Source: Candidatus Micrarchaeota archaeon (GTDB lineage Archaea; Micrarchaeota; Micrarchaeia; Anstonellales; Bilamarchaeaceae). From it: DNA of 64,000 nucleotides. Where the stretch lies: contig JBDRCX010000006.1 of assembly GCA_043821365.1 (NCBI GenBank), forward strand, positions 40,840 through 104,839, written 5' to 3'. Numbering within the stretch: position 1 is the stretch's first letter; every line of letters starts with the position of its first letter. Shown in pieces: positions 1 to 8,452 of the stretch. A program made the translations under genes and the position numbers. The notes beneath the pieces were generated by a model that was not told where the DNA came from, made no database searches, and saw only the letters and a list, made by a program, of their open reading frames with translations.

Positions 1-117
1 AATTATCTGAGTCTGTTGGTCTAATTTAATTAATTGAGAAGAGAAGTAGGTCATCCCAACTCCAATAACTATTGACCCAACCAGAAGTAAAAAATTGCCA
101 AATGCGCTGCTTCCCAT
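1..117 (-). CDS. Partial CDS (N-terminus only; runs off window start): small membrane protein with an N-terminal TM helix (MGSSAFGNFLLLVGSIVIGVGMTYFSS...)
   Basis: ATG at 117-115 on the minus strand, preceded by AAAGGAG 5 nt upstream. The frame stays open to the window edge and the N-terminus is hydrophobic. It is not in the supplied ORF track because it is truncated. Confidence 0.25.
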   Translation of the reverse strand, partial: MGSSAFGNFLLLVGSIVIGVGMTYFSSQLIKLDQQTQII

Positions 118-127
118 AATGACTCCT

Positions 128-400
128 TTAATCAGATTTGTGTGAAGCTGACAGACCCTTTGTTACAACAATAACATCTTCGACTGATTTTACATTTTTA
201 TAAAGAATGCTTTTTTCACGAAGAGCTTTTCTTGCATCATCTTTTCCAAGTGGTAATGATTCAATTAATATCCTTGATACTTCCCCACCTTCAAGATCAA
301 CAATGAAGTCCTGTGCATTGCCAATGAACTTACCAGAGTCCGTAAAAATATCCATACCATATAGTCTTGATAGCTTTGTGCTCATCAGATCACCTTGCAC
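128..400 (-). CDS. PRC-barrel domain protein
   Basis: 90-aa ORF. The G-x-I-G-x-V-x-D-x-x-(D/E)-x-x-G-x-I pattern (SGKFIGNAQDFIVDLEGGEVSRILIE) is typical of small archaeal PRC-barrel proteins. The start may instead be the internal Met at 385. Confidence 0.5.
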   Translation of the reverse strand: MQGDLMSTKLSRLYGMDIFTDSGKFIGNAQDFIVDLEGGEVSRILIESLPLGKDDARKALREKSILYKNVKSVEDVIVVTKGLSASHKSD

Positions 401-449
401 AATTAATCGTGAAACTAATTAAAAAACCTTTCTCTCCCTAAATACGACG

Positions 450-1034
450 ATGAAAAGCGAATACATAGTTTATGGAGTATTTATTTTGTTTTTTTTGTTA
501 CTTATGGGGGCAACTTTTATTGTTCCTTTTATGGCATTTGACCAGGATATGGATTCTGCATATACTGCATTTGCATATACTTGCCACCAAAAACTTTCAC
601 GATCTCATTGTTTGTTTAAAGATGATCAAAATTTTTGGATAGCAGATTGCACTATACAAGATGGAAGTTTTGTAAACACAAAACAAGATAGAACAACAAT
701 AATGGTACAAGATGGAGACGCGATAGGTTACAAAATACCAATTTGTTCGAGAGATGTTGGGATATACGGTGCATTGTTAATTGGTGGAATAGCTTATCCT
801 TTTGTTCGCAAACTAGATGAACGACACATCTACCCAGCCATATACCTAATCCTAGCTCTGATCCCACTTGGACTTGATGGTAGCGTACAATTACTATCAG
901 AAATAGGGATACTACCATTCCTATATGAAAGTACAAATTTGATAAGATTATTCACTGGAGTAGTTGCTGGGTTTGTTTCCTCGTTTTATGCAATCCCAGT
1001 ATTGATGAATATGTTTGGTGGAATAAAAAAATAA
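450..1034 (+). CDS. Integral membrane protein, DUF2085-like (paired Cys plus multiple TM helices)
   Basis: 194-aa ORF. It has an N-terminal TM, a Cys-containing loop (CHQKLSRSHC...CTIQDG...C) and about 4 further hydrophobic helices. The family assignment is from memory only. Confidence 0.35.
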   Translation: MKSEYIVYGVFILFFLLLMGATFIVPFMAFDQDMDSAYTAFAYTCHQKLSRSHCLFKDDQNFWIADCTIQDGSFVNTKQDRTTIMVQDGDAIGYKIPICSRDVGIYGALLIGGIAYPFVRKLDERHIYPAIYLILALIPLGLDGSVQLLSEIGILPFLYESTNLIRLFTGVVAGFVSSFYAIPVLMNMFGGIKK

Positions 1035-1035
1035 A

Positions 1036-2277
1036 TTAAAAATCAGACAAGCTTTTTTGCTTTCTATCAATTTTATTTTTTATTTGTTGTGAATCATCCA
1101 ATATTAGCTGGCCAAAAACACCATCATAACCAGGAACCCAACTAACTTTACCCTCTTGGACACGAATAATTGAACTTGCAATATCTGTAGTAGTTGCCAA
1201 ACGAATTTGTTCTGCAGATGCTTCATAAACAGAAAACTCACTGCCAAAATAACGAATTAATTTGGAATATTCATCTAAAACTAATCTGGATGTTTCTGGT
1301 TTCTTCAATGTTTTCGATATGACAATTGATAGTGGGACTACATATTTGAAAGGGATATGATCAGATGGTTTGTACCCTAATCTTCGATCTGCAAGATCAG
1401 TTACACGATGAAGAACACCGAGTGTGAGTTTCTTTTTGCAAACAGGACAGATATTTCCATGTTCTTTTGATTCAAGTGGTGAGTAAGTAATATTGCAATT
1501 ACGATGACCATCATAGTGGTATTTGCCTTCTTCTGGATAGAATTCATAGGTATGAGTAAAATTTTTTCTTGTTTTTATGGCATTGATAATATTTTCATAA
1601 GTCAATTCTTCAAGATCAAAAACATTTGCTTCACGACCAAGTTTTTCCAAACTGTGCGCATCACTATTGGATAATAGTGAAATACCATCCAGATTACTCA
1701 GCATCCAATTCATAGATGGATCTGAACTGAGTCCTGTTTCCAATGCAAATATTCTATCAGTTTTATCCTCAAATGCATCCTTGAGCCTATCAACACCAGT
1801 CGAAGAACCAAAAACACCAAAATAAGGAGTCCATGCATGTGCTGGAAAAATAACAAACTTTTTTGATATTTCTTCACATTGCTCAATAAGTTCAGCAGAT
1901 GACATCTTAAGCATCGGTCGACCATCAGCAACCAGACTTCCAAAAGACTTCAATCTATCATTTAATTGCTCTGCCTCACTCAATCCAGGTGCAAGTACAA
2001 CATTGTGTATACGAAGGGAATGTTCTGGTGTTTTATAAAATAACGCAAGCTCTGTAGATAGGATAAAATGAACTCCGTCGTAAGGAAACAATCCATGTTC
2101 TTCTTTTTTTAAGTGTGTTTTGAGCTCATTAAAATAAGAAGGATGAGTAAAATCACCAGTGGCCATTACACTTATGCCTTTGATCTTTGCCCCTTGTGCA
2201 AGACCAGGAACATCACATTTTGGACTGGTTGCACGAGCATATTTGCTATGAACATGAAGATCAGCAATAATTCGCAT
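1036..2277 (-). CDS. EndoQ-like PHP-domain endonuclease with zinc finger
   Basis: The PHP N-terminal motif MRIIADLHVHSKYA begins at the ATG at 2277; the track ORF extends upstream to 2418 through non-ATG sequence. The protein is about 413 aa. It contains an internal H..GHRNC...CPVCKKK zinc-finger-like cluster. Size and architecture match archaeal EndoQ, which cleaves 5' of deaminated bases. Confidence 0.5.
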   Translation of the reverse strand: MRIIADLHVHSKYARATSPKCDVPGLAQGAKIKGISVMATGDFTHPSYFNELKTHLKKEEHGLFPYDGVHFILSTELALFYKTPEHSLRIHNVVLAPGLSEAEQLNDRLKSFGSLVADGRPMLKMSSAELIEQCEEISKKFVIFPAHAWTPYFGVFGSSTGVDRLKDAFEDKTDRIFALETGLSSDPSMNWMLSNLDGISLLSNSDAHSLEKLGREANVFDLEELTYENIINAIKTRKNFTHTYEFYPEEGKYHYDGHRNCNITYSPLESKEHGNICPVCKKKLTLGVLHRVTDLADRRLGYKPSDHIPFKYVVPLSIVISKTLKKPETSRLVLDEYSKLIRYFGSEFSVYEASAEQIRLATTTDIASSIIRVQEGKVSWVPGYDGVFGQLILDDSQQIKNKIDRKQKSLSDF

Positions 2278-2330
2278 TAAAATTGATAAGGCGGAGCAAA
2301 TTAAAAAACAGATATTACAATAGGTTGTGT

Positions 2331-3059
2331 ATGCGCGGGAAAAAAACATTTGAAAAAATAAAAAAACAGATTGAATCTTTTTCTCCATTTGTAAAAAGCT
2401 GGGAAAGTGCAAAGGCACTGTTTACGCCAAAGAAGATTGATAGCACATTAAAAGAATCAATAAAACTAGCTGATATGAATTTGGCAATAAAAATATTTAT
2501 TCTAGCGTCCATAATTGCCACATTCTTAACCTTACTTGGATTGGTCGAAATAATTTATCTTCTGAATTTTACTTCTGAAACAATGACAGATGTATTTGGA
2601 GTTGAGCAGCAGATGATGACATTGGAGGATATCATACCACTTGCCATATTCCATATCATCACTGGAATACCCCTTGCATTATTCATGAATATTGGTGGCG
2701 AATTCCTTGCTTATAAGATAGCAAAAATAAGCGGTGGAAAAGGAACTCTTGCTCAGCACCTATACCTTATTTCAGTTATAACATTGGCACTCGCAATGTT
2801 GAATGTAATTGCATTGGCATTACCAATACCATGTATACAAATAATTGCATGGATAATAAATATAGTAGGAATGATCTACCTATGGGGATACGTAGCAAGC
2901 AAAGCATATTCAGAAGCACATAATATAACTTTTGTACATTCATTGACCATTATCATAATAGTATCAATCATAAGATTTGCAATTATGATAACAGTAATAA
3001 ATTGGTTGACTGGTGCATTGAATTTAACAGAAATATTAGATTACCAAATTGGTGTGTGA
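2331..3059 (+). CDS. Multi-pass membrane protein (Yip1/DUF-like), hypothetical
   Basis: The ORF is open from 2283 (TTG). The first ATG at 2331 is taken as the start. There are 5-6 hydrophobic helices. The gene is divergent from the EndoQ-like gene. Confidence 0.4.
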   Translation: MRGKKTFEKIKKQIESFSPFVKSWESAKALFTPKKIDSTLKESIKLADMNLAIKIFILASIIATFLTLLGLVEIIYLLNFTSETMTDVFGVEQQMMTLEDIIPLAIFHIITGIPLALFMNIGGEFLAYKIAKISGGKGTLAQHLYLISVITLALAMLNVIALALPIPCIQIIAWIINIVGMIYLWGYVASKAYSEAHNITFVHSLTIIIIVSIIRFAIMITVINWLTGALNLTEILDYQIGV

Positions 3060-3060
3060 T

Positions 3061-4020
3061 ATGGGATTTCATCCGAAAAAATTCATTTTAGAAGCAGAAA
3101 ACAGCATAAAACAAACAATAGGAAAAGAACATGCAATAACTGCTCTTTCAGGTGGTGTTGATTCATTTGTTGCCGCAACTCTTGCATCAAGAGCTTTACC
3201 TGGCCAGATCCACGCATTTTATGTTGACAATGGGTTAATGAGAAAAAATGAAACAGAAAAGGTTATGGCAATTGCAAAATCACTTGGAGTTGAACTTACT
3301 GTAATAGATGCAAAAAAACGATTTTTAGATGCACTTAAGGGAATTGATGAACCAGAAAACAAACGTAAGGTGATTGGTGAAACTTTTGTAAGAATTTTCG
3401 AAGAAGAAGCAAAGAAAAAGAACAATATAACTTTTCTTATCCAAGGCACTATTGCACCAGACTGGATTGAAAGTGGTGGAATGGGAAGGGATACGATAAA
3501 AAGCCACCATAATGTCGGTGGATTACCAGAAAAGATGCACCTGAAGCTTTGTGAACCATTACGAGAATTGTATAAGCATGAAGTACGTGAAGTAGGCAAA
3601 GAACTTGAACTTCCAGAAATAGTACACCAAAGGCAGCCATTTCCAGGCCCAGGTCTTGCAGTTCGTGTAGTTGGGGAGATTACTGAAGAAAAAGTGAAGA
3701 TAGTGCAGGATGCATGCGAGATTGTAGAAACAGAACTTGACAATGCAGTCGAAGCAAAGGAAATTGACAAACCATGGCAGTATTTTGCTGCACTTCTTCC
3801 ATCAAAAACAGTTGGGGTCAGAGGAGACGAAAGAGCTTACCAGTATACCGTTATTGTTAGATCAGTAAGAAGCCTTGATGGTATGACTGCAAACTTTTCG
3901 CATATACCAATGGATATACTTGAAAAAATTTCAACTAGAATAACAAATGAAATAAGATCAGTTGGTAGAGTGGTTTATGATATAACGAATAAACCGCCAG
4001 GAACAGTAGAGATGGAATAA
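3061..4020 (+). CDS. guaAB: GMP synthase (glutamine-hydrolysing) subunit B, ATP-pyrophosphatase domain
   Basis: PP-loop SGGVDS near the N-terminus (ITALSGGVDSFVAATLA). The C-terminal dimerisation motif NKPPGTVEME corresponds to the canonical KPPGTIEWE. The length is about 319 aa. ATG at 3061; the track ORF begins at TTG 3049. Confidence 0.75.
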   Translation: MGFHPKKFILEAENSIKQTIGKEHAITALSGGVDSFVAATLASRALPGQIHAFYVDNGLMRKNETEKVMAIAKSLGVELTVIDAKKRFLDALKGIDEPENKRKVIGETFVRIFEEEAKKKNNITFLIQGTIAPDWIESGGMGRDTIKSHHNVGGLPEKMHLKLCEPLRELYKHEVREVGKELELPEIVHQRQPFPGPGLAVRVVGEITEEKVKIVQDACEIVETELDNAVEAKEIDKPWQYFAALLPSKTVGVRGDERAYQYTVIVRSVRSLDGMTANFSHIPMDILEKISTRITNEIRSVGRVVYDITNKPPGTVEME

Positions 4021-4269
4021 TTAGACACGTTCCATTAAAGCAGCAAAGCGTCTGCTAATAGGATTTGCAGGATTATCGTATTTTTCTTTGTTTGTAAGAG
4101 CACGGGTACTTATATCTGCCCTTGCAACTGTTGTATGTATCTCTCTCGAACGAACATCTGCAGCCCTTGAAAGAACATCGATACTAGAATGAGGTTCAGA
4201 TTCTGTTTTTCTGGCAACTGGAGAAACGATTATTGTTGGTTTTTTACGTTCTTTATATGCTTCAGCCAT
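4021..4269 (-). CDS. Small basic hypothetical protein (82 aa)
   Basis: Clean ORF in a gap between flanking genes. Rich in R, K and S. No recognisable family. Confidence 0.3.
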   Translation of the reverse strand: MAEAYKERKKPTIIVSPVARKTESEPHSSIDVLSRAADVRSREIHTTVARADISTRALTNKEKYDNPANPISRRFAALMERV

Positions 4270-4345
4270 GTTCCCACATTTTTACATTCTTTACAATAAA
4301 GCAATGTATAAAACCATTTAAAAGGTTACCTCTAAAGGAATAGTA

Positions 4346-4852
4346 ATGGCAGAATTCGACGAAGCACGTAATTTATTAAGCCAGCAAAAATACAAGGAAG
4401 CTGCCTTGATGCTTGACAGAACTATGCCTAATAATAAAAATAAAGACGAGTTTTGGTATCTTCGCGGAGTTGTATCATTAAAATTAAAAAATTATGATGC
4501 AGCACAAGAATTTTTTGATCGTGCATTGGCAGTTGAAAAAAAATCAAAATATTATCAGATAAAGGGAATGGCATATTTTGAACTTTTTGAGATTGACGAG
4601 GCAGTTGATGCATTTCTCAGTGCACTTGCACTTGAACCAGATAATGCAACAATAAACTTTTTCCTATCAATAAGTTACTTGTTCTTAGATGATCCAAGAT
4701 CAGAGCAATACATAAGAAAAGCATATACAGCTGATATGAAAAAAACAAGACAGCTACTTCTTAATTTTTACACTGTATTTTTGAAAAATGATAGAAGCTT
4801 AACAGATGTACAAAAAAGAAAAATAGAAGAAAAAATAAGAGGAAAGAATTAG
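4346..4852 (+). CDS. TPR-repeat protein
   Basis: 168 aa. Repeated 34-aa units with a W/Y-LG-Y-A-F-P consensus (EAALMLDRTMP...FWYLRGVVSLKLKNYDAAQEFFDRALAV...). Confidence 0.5.
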   Translation: MAEFDEARNLLSQQKYKEAALMLDRTMPNNKNKDEFWYLRGVVSLKLKNYDAAQEFFDRALAVEKKSKYYQIKGMAYFELFEIDEAVDAFLSALALEPDNATINFFLSISYLFLDDPRSEQYIRKAYTADMKKTRQLLLNFYTVFLKNDRSLTDVQKRKIEEKIRGKN

Positions 4853-4854
4853 CT

Positions 4855-4952
4855 GAATTTTTTCTTTAGGTTGAAAATTCGGAAGAATTTTTGACCTTGA
4901 AAAATTCAGACGAAATTTTTCTTCAGGTTGAAAATCTAGCAGGGTTTTCGAC
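4855..4952. repeat. Imperfect direct repeat (about 42 nt x2 plus a third partial 'ttgaaaattc' copy) in a convergent intergenic region
   Basis: gaattttttctttaggttgaaaattcggaagaatttttgac and gaaatttttcttcaggttgaaaatctagcagggttttcgac are about 80% identical. They lie between the convergent genes 4346-4852 (+) and 4965-5855 (-). Confidence 0.35.
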
Positions 4953-4964
4953 TATAGAGAAAGT

Positions 4965-5855
4965 TCAACTAAACTTTCTCTTCATCTCATTTAACCATGC
5001 TCTTTCTCTCAGAGTGTGTGGAGTAATTGTTTGAACGAATTTTTCAAGTCCGGTTGGTTTTTCTTTTGACAACCAGGCTTTTTTTTGTTTTATTTTCCTT
5101 AGATAGGATGGATTAGTAAGGAGGATCTGTCTGAGAATTCTTTCGTAGCGTTCTTTTTTTCTTGTTACTTCTTCTAATCTTCTTTGCGCAGCTGTTTCAA
5201 CAACAGTGCCTTTTCCAAGAACCCTGTAAAGATAACTTTTTGCAGTATTTTGTTCATAAGTATAATGATTTATTTTTGTCATAAATTTGGCTATGGGAAT
5301 TTGGATTAAAGAATCGGAAATAAGAAGAAGCCAGCCTTCACGAAGAACAACTTTTTCAGCTTCTTTAATTGCATCAAGAGCATCTGCCTTCATCATATCC
5401 TTATTTATGAAACCACGCAAGACAGGGAAATTTGCATCCATAGCACGTGCATTTACCTTTCCAACCCAACCACGTAATGATTCTCTTGCAGCTTTTATCT
5501 GCATTCTCCATTCCACAAGTTGTTCAAGTTTAACTGATGCCTCTTGTGGAGGAACCTGGTTAAAATCTAAAAGCCATGCTTTTTTCGATACAATAGGACC
5601 GACATATTTATCTTCCATTATAACACTAAGAAGTTCAGGATGGTATTTGTGCAATGCACGGAATTCATCAAGATTGAGGAGAAGTTGATCTATAACTTCA
5701 CCTCTTTTCTTTGACACTTCCCTACGAAGTATCATGGTTTCTCTTTTCAAATCACGATCATACACATCATGGAATTTACGTTCTAATTTTTGTATTTGAA
5801 TCATGCGATCTTTTATGTATTCAGATGCCTCTTCTAAATATTCCACAAGTAACAT
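4965..5855 (-). CDS. Hypothetical protein, coiled-coil rich (296 aa)
   Basis: Long ORF. Charged heptad-like segments. Its start codon overlaps the stop codon of the downstream gene (TAATG at 5855). Confidence 0.4.
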   Translation of the reverse strand: MLLVEYLEEASEYIKDRMIQIQKLERKFHDVYDRDLKRETMILRREVSKKRGEVIDQLLLNLDEFRALHKYHPELLSVIMEDKYVGPIVSKKAWLLDFNQVPPQEASVKLEQLVEWRMQIKAARESLRGWVGKVNARAMDANFPVLRGFINKDMMKADALDAIKEAEKVVLREGWLLLISDSLIQIPIAKFMTKINHYTYEQNTAKSYLYRVLGKGTVVETAAQRRLEEVTRKKERYERILRQILLTNPSYLRKIKQKKAWLSKEKPTGLEKFVQTITPHTLRERAWLNEMKRKFS

Positions 5856-6691
5856 TATTTCCCCTTTTTAAATTTCTCATATCTTTCCTTTAATACTAAA
5901 GCATCGATGTCGAGTTTGGGTGTTTCGCAAATAATTGTTCCGGAATAACCATTTTCAGCAAGTATTTTCATAAATGGTTCAAATGGCGGTTCGTTGTTTG
6001 TGCCAAGTACGTAATGATTCAGTTCTCCTTTATCTGAATAATTTATCTCAGAAAAATGACAGTGAAATCTTTTTACATAATCCCCAAGTTCATTTTCAAG
6101 TTTGTTGAAGATTGATAAATAATCTTTTTCGCCAGTGATTTTAAAATCACCGCGAGCATGAAGATGAGCGAAATCAAGCACTGGTTCAACCATATCCAAT
6201 TGCTGAGATAGTTTTATGTTCTCATCAAATCCACCAAATGCACTTTTTTTACCAACTGTTTCTGCACCAAGACGAATTTTGACATTGTGTTGTTTTAATT
6301 TTTCAACTAGATCAGAAAGGTTTTTTTTAGCGATCTCAAATGCTTTTTCTTTTGTTAACTTCTGATAGAAACCGGGATGAAAAACAGTTATGTTGCCACC
6401 ACACAACGAAGTTATTCTGGCAGATTCGAAAATATGTCTTTTTGTATTTTGAAGTTTATGCTCTTCAAGAGTGCAAAAATTAACATAGTATGGAGCATGT
6501 GAAGAAAGTGAGATATTGTATTTTTTTGAGATTGATGCTGCTTCTTTTGCAGTATCATCTTTCATTCTGACTCCATGAACAAATTCCATCTCCATTGCAG
6601 ACAATCCAATTTCTGAACAGCATTTTATTCCATCAAGAGTACTACTACCATTACATTGAATGGGAACTCCTGCTGGACCAAAAAGGATCAT
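5855..6691 (-). CDS. nfo: Endonuclease IV / AP endonuclease family 2 (xylose-isomerase-like TIM barrel)
   Basis: MILFGPAGVP start. The SSHAPYYVNF motif corresponds to endonuclease IV HAPYlINL. Additional His/Asp/Glu metal-ligand positions are present (DFAHLHARG, HCHFSE). 278 aa. Confidence 0.6.
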   Translation of the reverse strand: MILFGPAGVPIQCNGSSTLDGIKCCSEIGLSAMEMEFVHGVRMKDDTAKEAASISKKYNISLSSHAPYYVNFCTLEEHKLQNTKRHIFESARITSLCGGNITVFHPGFYQKLTKEKAFEIAKKNLSDLVEKLKQHNVKIRLGAETVGKKSAFGGFDENIKLSQQLDMVEPVLDFAHLHARGDFKITGEKDYLSIFNKLENELGDYVKRFHCHFSEINYSDKGELNHYVLGTNNEPPFEPFMKILAENGYSGTIICETPKLDIDALVLKERYEKFKKGK

Positions 6692-6848
6692 AAAGTAGAT
6701 TTGAAGTGAAAAGATAAAAAAGGAAGGTTGAAACCTTAGGTTCTAAACAAAAAGGAAGCTCAGATAGAAAGGAGATTCGAAAAGGACCTCGCTCAAAATG
6801 CCTTGCATTTTGGGTGTACAAAACCTGCGGTTTTGAACATGGTCCTTT

Positions 6849-7694
6849 TCATTGGCACATATGTGTTTGCTGATTACATTGTTCTCCTTGTACACAATCA
6901 GCTGCAGTATTACAGTAACCTGTTTTTGCATTGCAATAATGGCTACTATCGCAAACTTGCCAAGTGCCACAGTCATCGTTTGAATTACAACGATCAACAT
7001 CATGCACACAAATATGAGTTGTGCTGCTGCACAATTCCCATTCATTACACTCATTGTGCCCCATACAGTAACCTTGTCTTGCAACACATTTGTTAGTTGT
7101 CTTATCACAAACTGACCATGCTTGACAATTCTCAGTACTTATACAGAAACCAACTTTTGGAATGCATGTATGTGAAGCTGAGTCACATGTTTGCCATGTT
7201 TCACAATCACCATCAAGATCGCATTTACCATCTAGTAGCATACATCTCTTAGAGGAGATATCACATTGTTTCCATGCATCACAATCTCTTGTGTCCACAC
7301 AGTAACCTGGAGCTGGACCACATTCATGCTTTGCTGGATTACAATATTCGTATGGTTGATTGCATTGATTGTCAGCATCACAGTAACCTGGAGCAGGTCT
7401 GCATGTTTGTGCTGAATCGCAAACCTGCCAACTCTGACAATCACTTGTTTTTCTACATAATCCAGTCTTATAAACACAAAGATGAGTTGAATCCGAATCG
7501 CATGTTGTCAGATTATCTGAACAATCAGTTTCAACATAACAAAAACCAGAACGAAGACCGCAGGTCTGAGAGGTTACATTACAACCTTCCCACGCCTGAC
7601 ATTCAGAATCAGATGTACATGCTTTGGGAGCACTACTGTCGCATCCAGCTAATATAAAAACAATGGCTATAAGCCCGATTAAGATTACTCTCAT
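6849..7694 (-). CDS. Secreted Cys-rich tandem-repeat lipoprotein (eight repeats of about 33 aa: C-x2-(S/T)-D-C-x-(A/S)-W-x-x-C-D-x5-C-x4-G-x-C)
   Basis: Signal peptide plus lipobox (LIAIVFILAG-C). About 60 Cys residues in 281 aa in a regular spacing. The repeat resembles the myxococcal-type Cys-rich repeat; that family assignment is from memory. Confidence 0.55.
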   Translation of the reverse strand: MRVILIGLIAIVFILAGCDSSAPKACTSDSECQAWEGCNVTSQTCGLRSGFCYVETDCSDNLTTCDSDSTHLCVYKTGLCRKTSDCQSWQVCDSAQTCRPAPGYCDADNQCNQPYEYCNPAKHECGPAPGYCVDTRDCDAWKQCDISSKRCMLLDGKCDLDGDCETWQTCDSASHTCIPKVGFCISTENCQAWSVCDKTTNKCVARQGYCMGHNECNEWELCSSTTHICVHDVDRCNSNDDCGTWQVCDSSHYCNAKTGYCNTAADCVQGEQCNQQTHMCQ

Positions 7695-7722
7695 GAGGAT
7701 GTATTAGATTGATGGTTTTAAA

Positions 7723-8382
7723 TTACTTAAGTTTGGCTAGAATAGACGATAGATCATGAATATTGTTGCTAATAAAATCTGCTTTACTTGGGATTTCTGA
7801 GTATTTTCCAGTTAAAACTCGGATTGTTTTTATGCCCACCTGTTTTGCAGGAAGGATATCCACATCCTCCCGATCACCAATCATCAAACATTCTTCTGGT
7901 TTCGCTCTGAGTTCGGATAGGATTTTCTTATAGAAATTTTTATCTTTCTCTTTTTTCGTTACGAAAACTCCATCAAAATACAATGACAAGCGCAATCGAA
8001 TGAGTTTATCCCATTGTTTAATTGAATTTCCACTTGTTGCTGCATAAATTTTGAATCCCTGTTCTTTAAGTCGTAGAAGGAGAAGTGGAACTTGAGGAAA
8101 TGGTTGGATTGATGTTTTAGTGTCATGATATGATGCAACTGCAGCAGCAACATATTTTTCAGGATTTTTTATTTTTAGTTGTTTGCACAACTCATCAAAA
8201 TGACCCTCATAGTTGGAACCCTTTTGTTTTATGATTCTCATTAATTTCTTGTTCAATGTGTTGTAATCATATCTGAGCCCCATTCCAATCATTGAAGTTA
8301 ATGCATTTTTTCTGGCTAAAGAAGAGAATTCTGTTGATGGGAATAAAGTATCATCAATATCAAATAAAACAAACCTAAGCAT
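7723..8382 (-). CDS. HAD-superfamily hydrolase
   Basis: HAD motif I FDIDDTLF sits immediately after the ATG at 8382. Motif IV is GDREDVD. About 220 aa. The track ORF extends to 8475 with no ATG. Confidence 0.6.
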   Translation of the reverse strand: MLRFVLFDIDDTLFPSTEFSSLARKNALTSMIGMGLRYDYNTLNKKLMRIIKQKGSNYEGHFDELCKQLKIKNPEKYVAAAVASYHDTKTSIQPFPQVPLLLLRLKEQGFKIYAATSGNSIKQWDKLIRLRLSLYFDGVFVTKKEKDKNFYKKILSELRAKPEECLMIGDREDVDILPAKQVGIKTIRVLTGKYSEIPSKADFISNNIHDLSSILAKLK

Positions 8383-8452
8383 AATAGTAATTTGATGAAT
8401 AAATCTTAAGAATAGGATGATTTTATAATAAGAAAAATTATAAAATAAAAAA

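Noticed and set aside
207-422. 71-aa plus-strand ORF overlapping the PRC-barrel gene
   Set aside because: It is antisense to a well-supported gene. It has no start context or conserved motifs, so it is most likely a shadow ORF.
3219-3770. 183-aa and two shorter minus-strand ORFs inside the GMP synthase subunit B gene
   Set aside because: They lie antisense within a confidently identified conserved gene. Their Ser/Phe-rich low-complexity translations are typical of shadow frames.
6803-7657. Plus-strand ORFs (97, 127 aa) inside the Cys-rich lipoprotein gene
   Set aside because: They are antisense to the repeat-containing gene. Their His/Asn/Leu-rich translations follow from the antisense of Cys/Asp/Gln codons.
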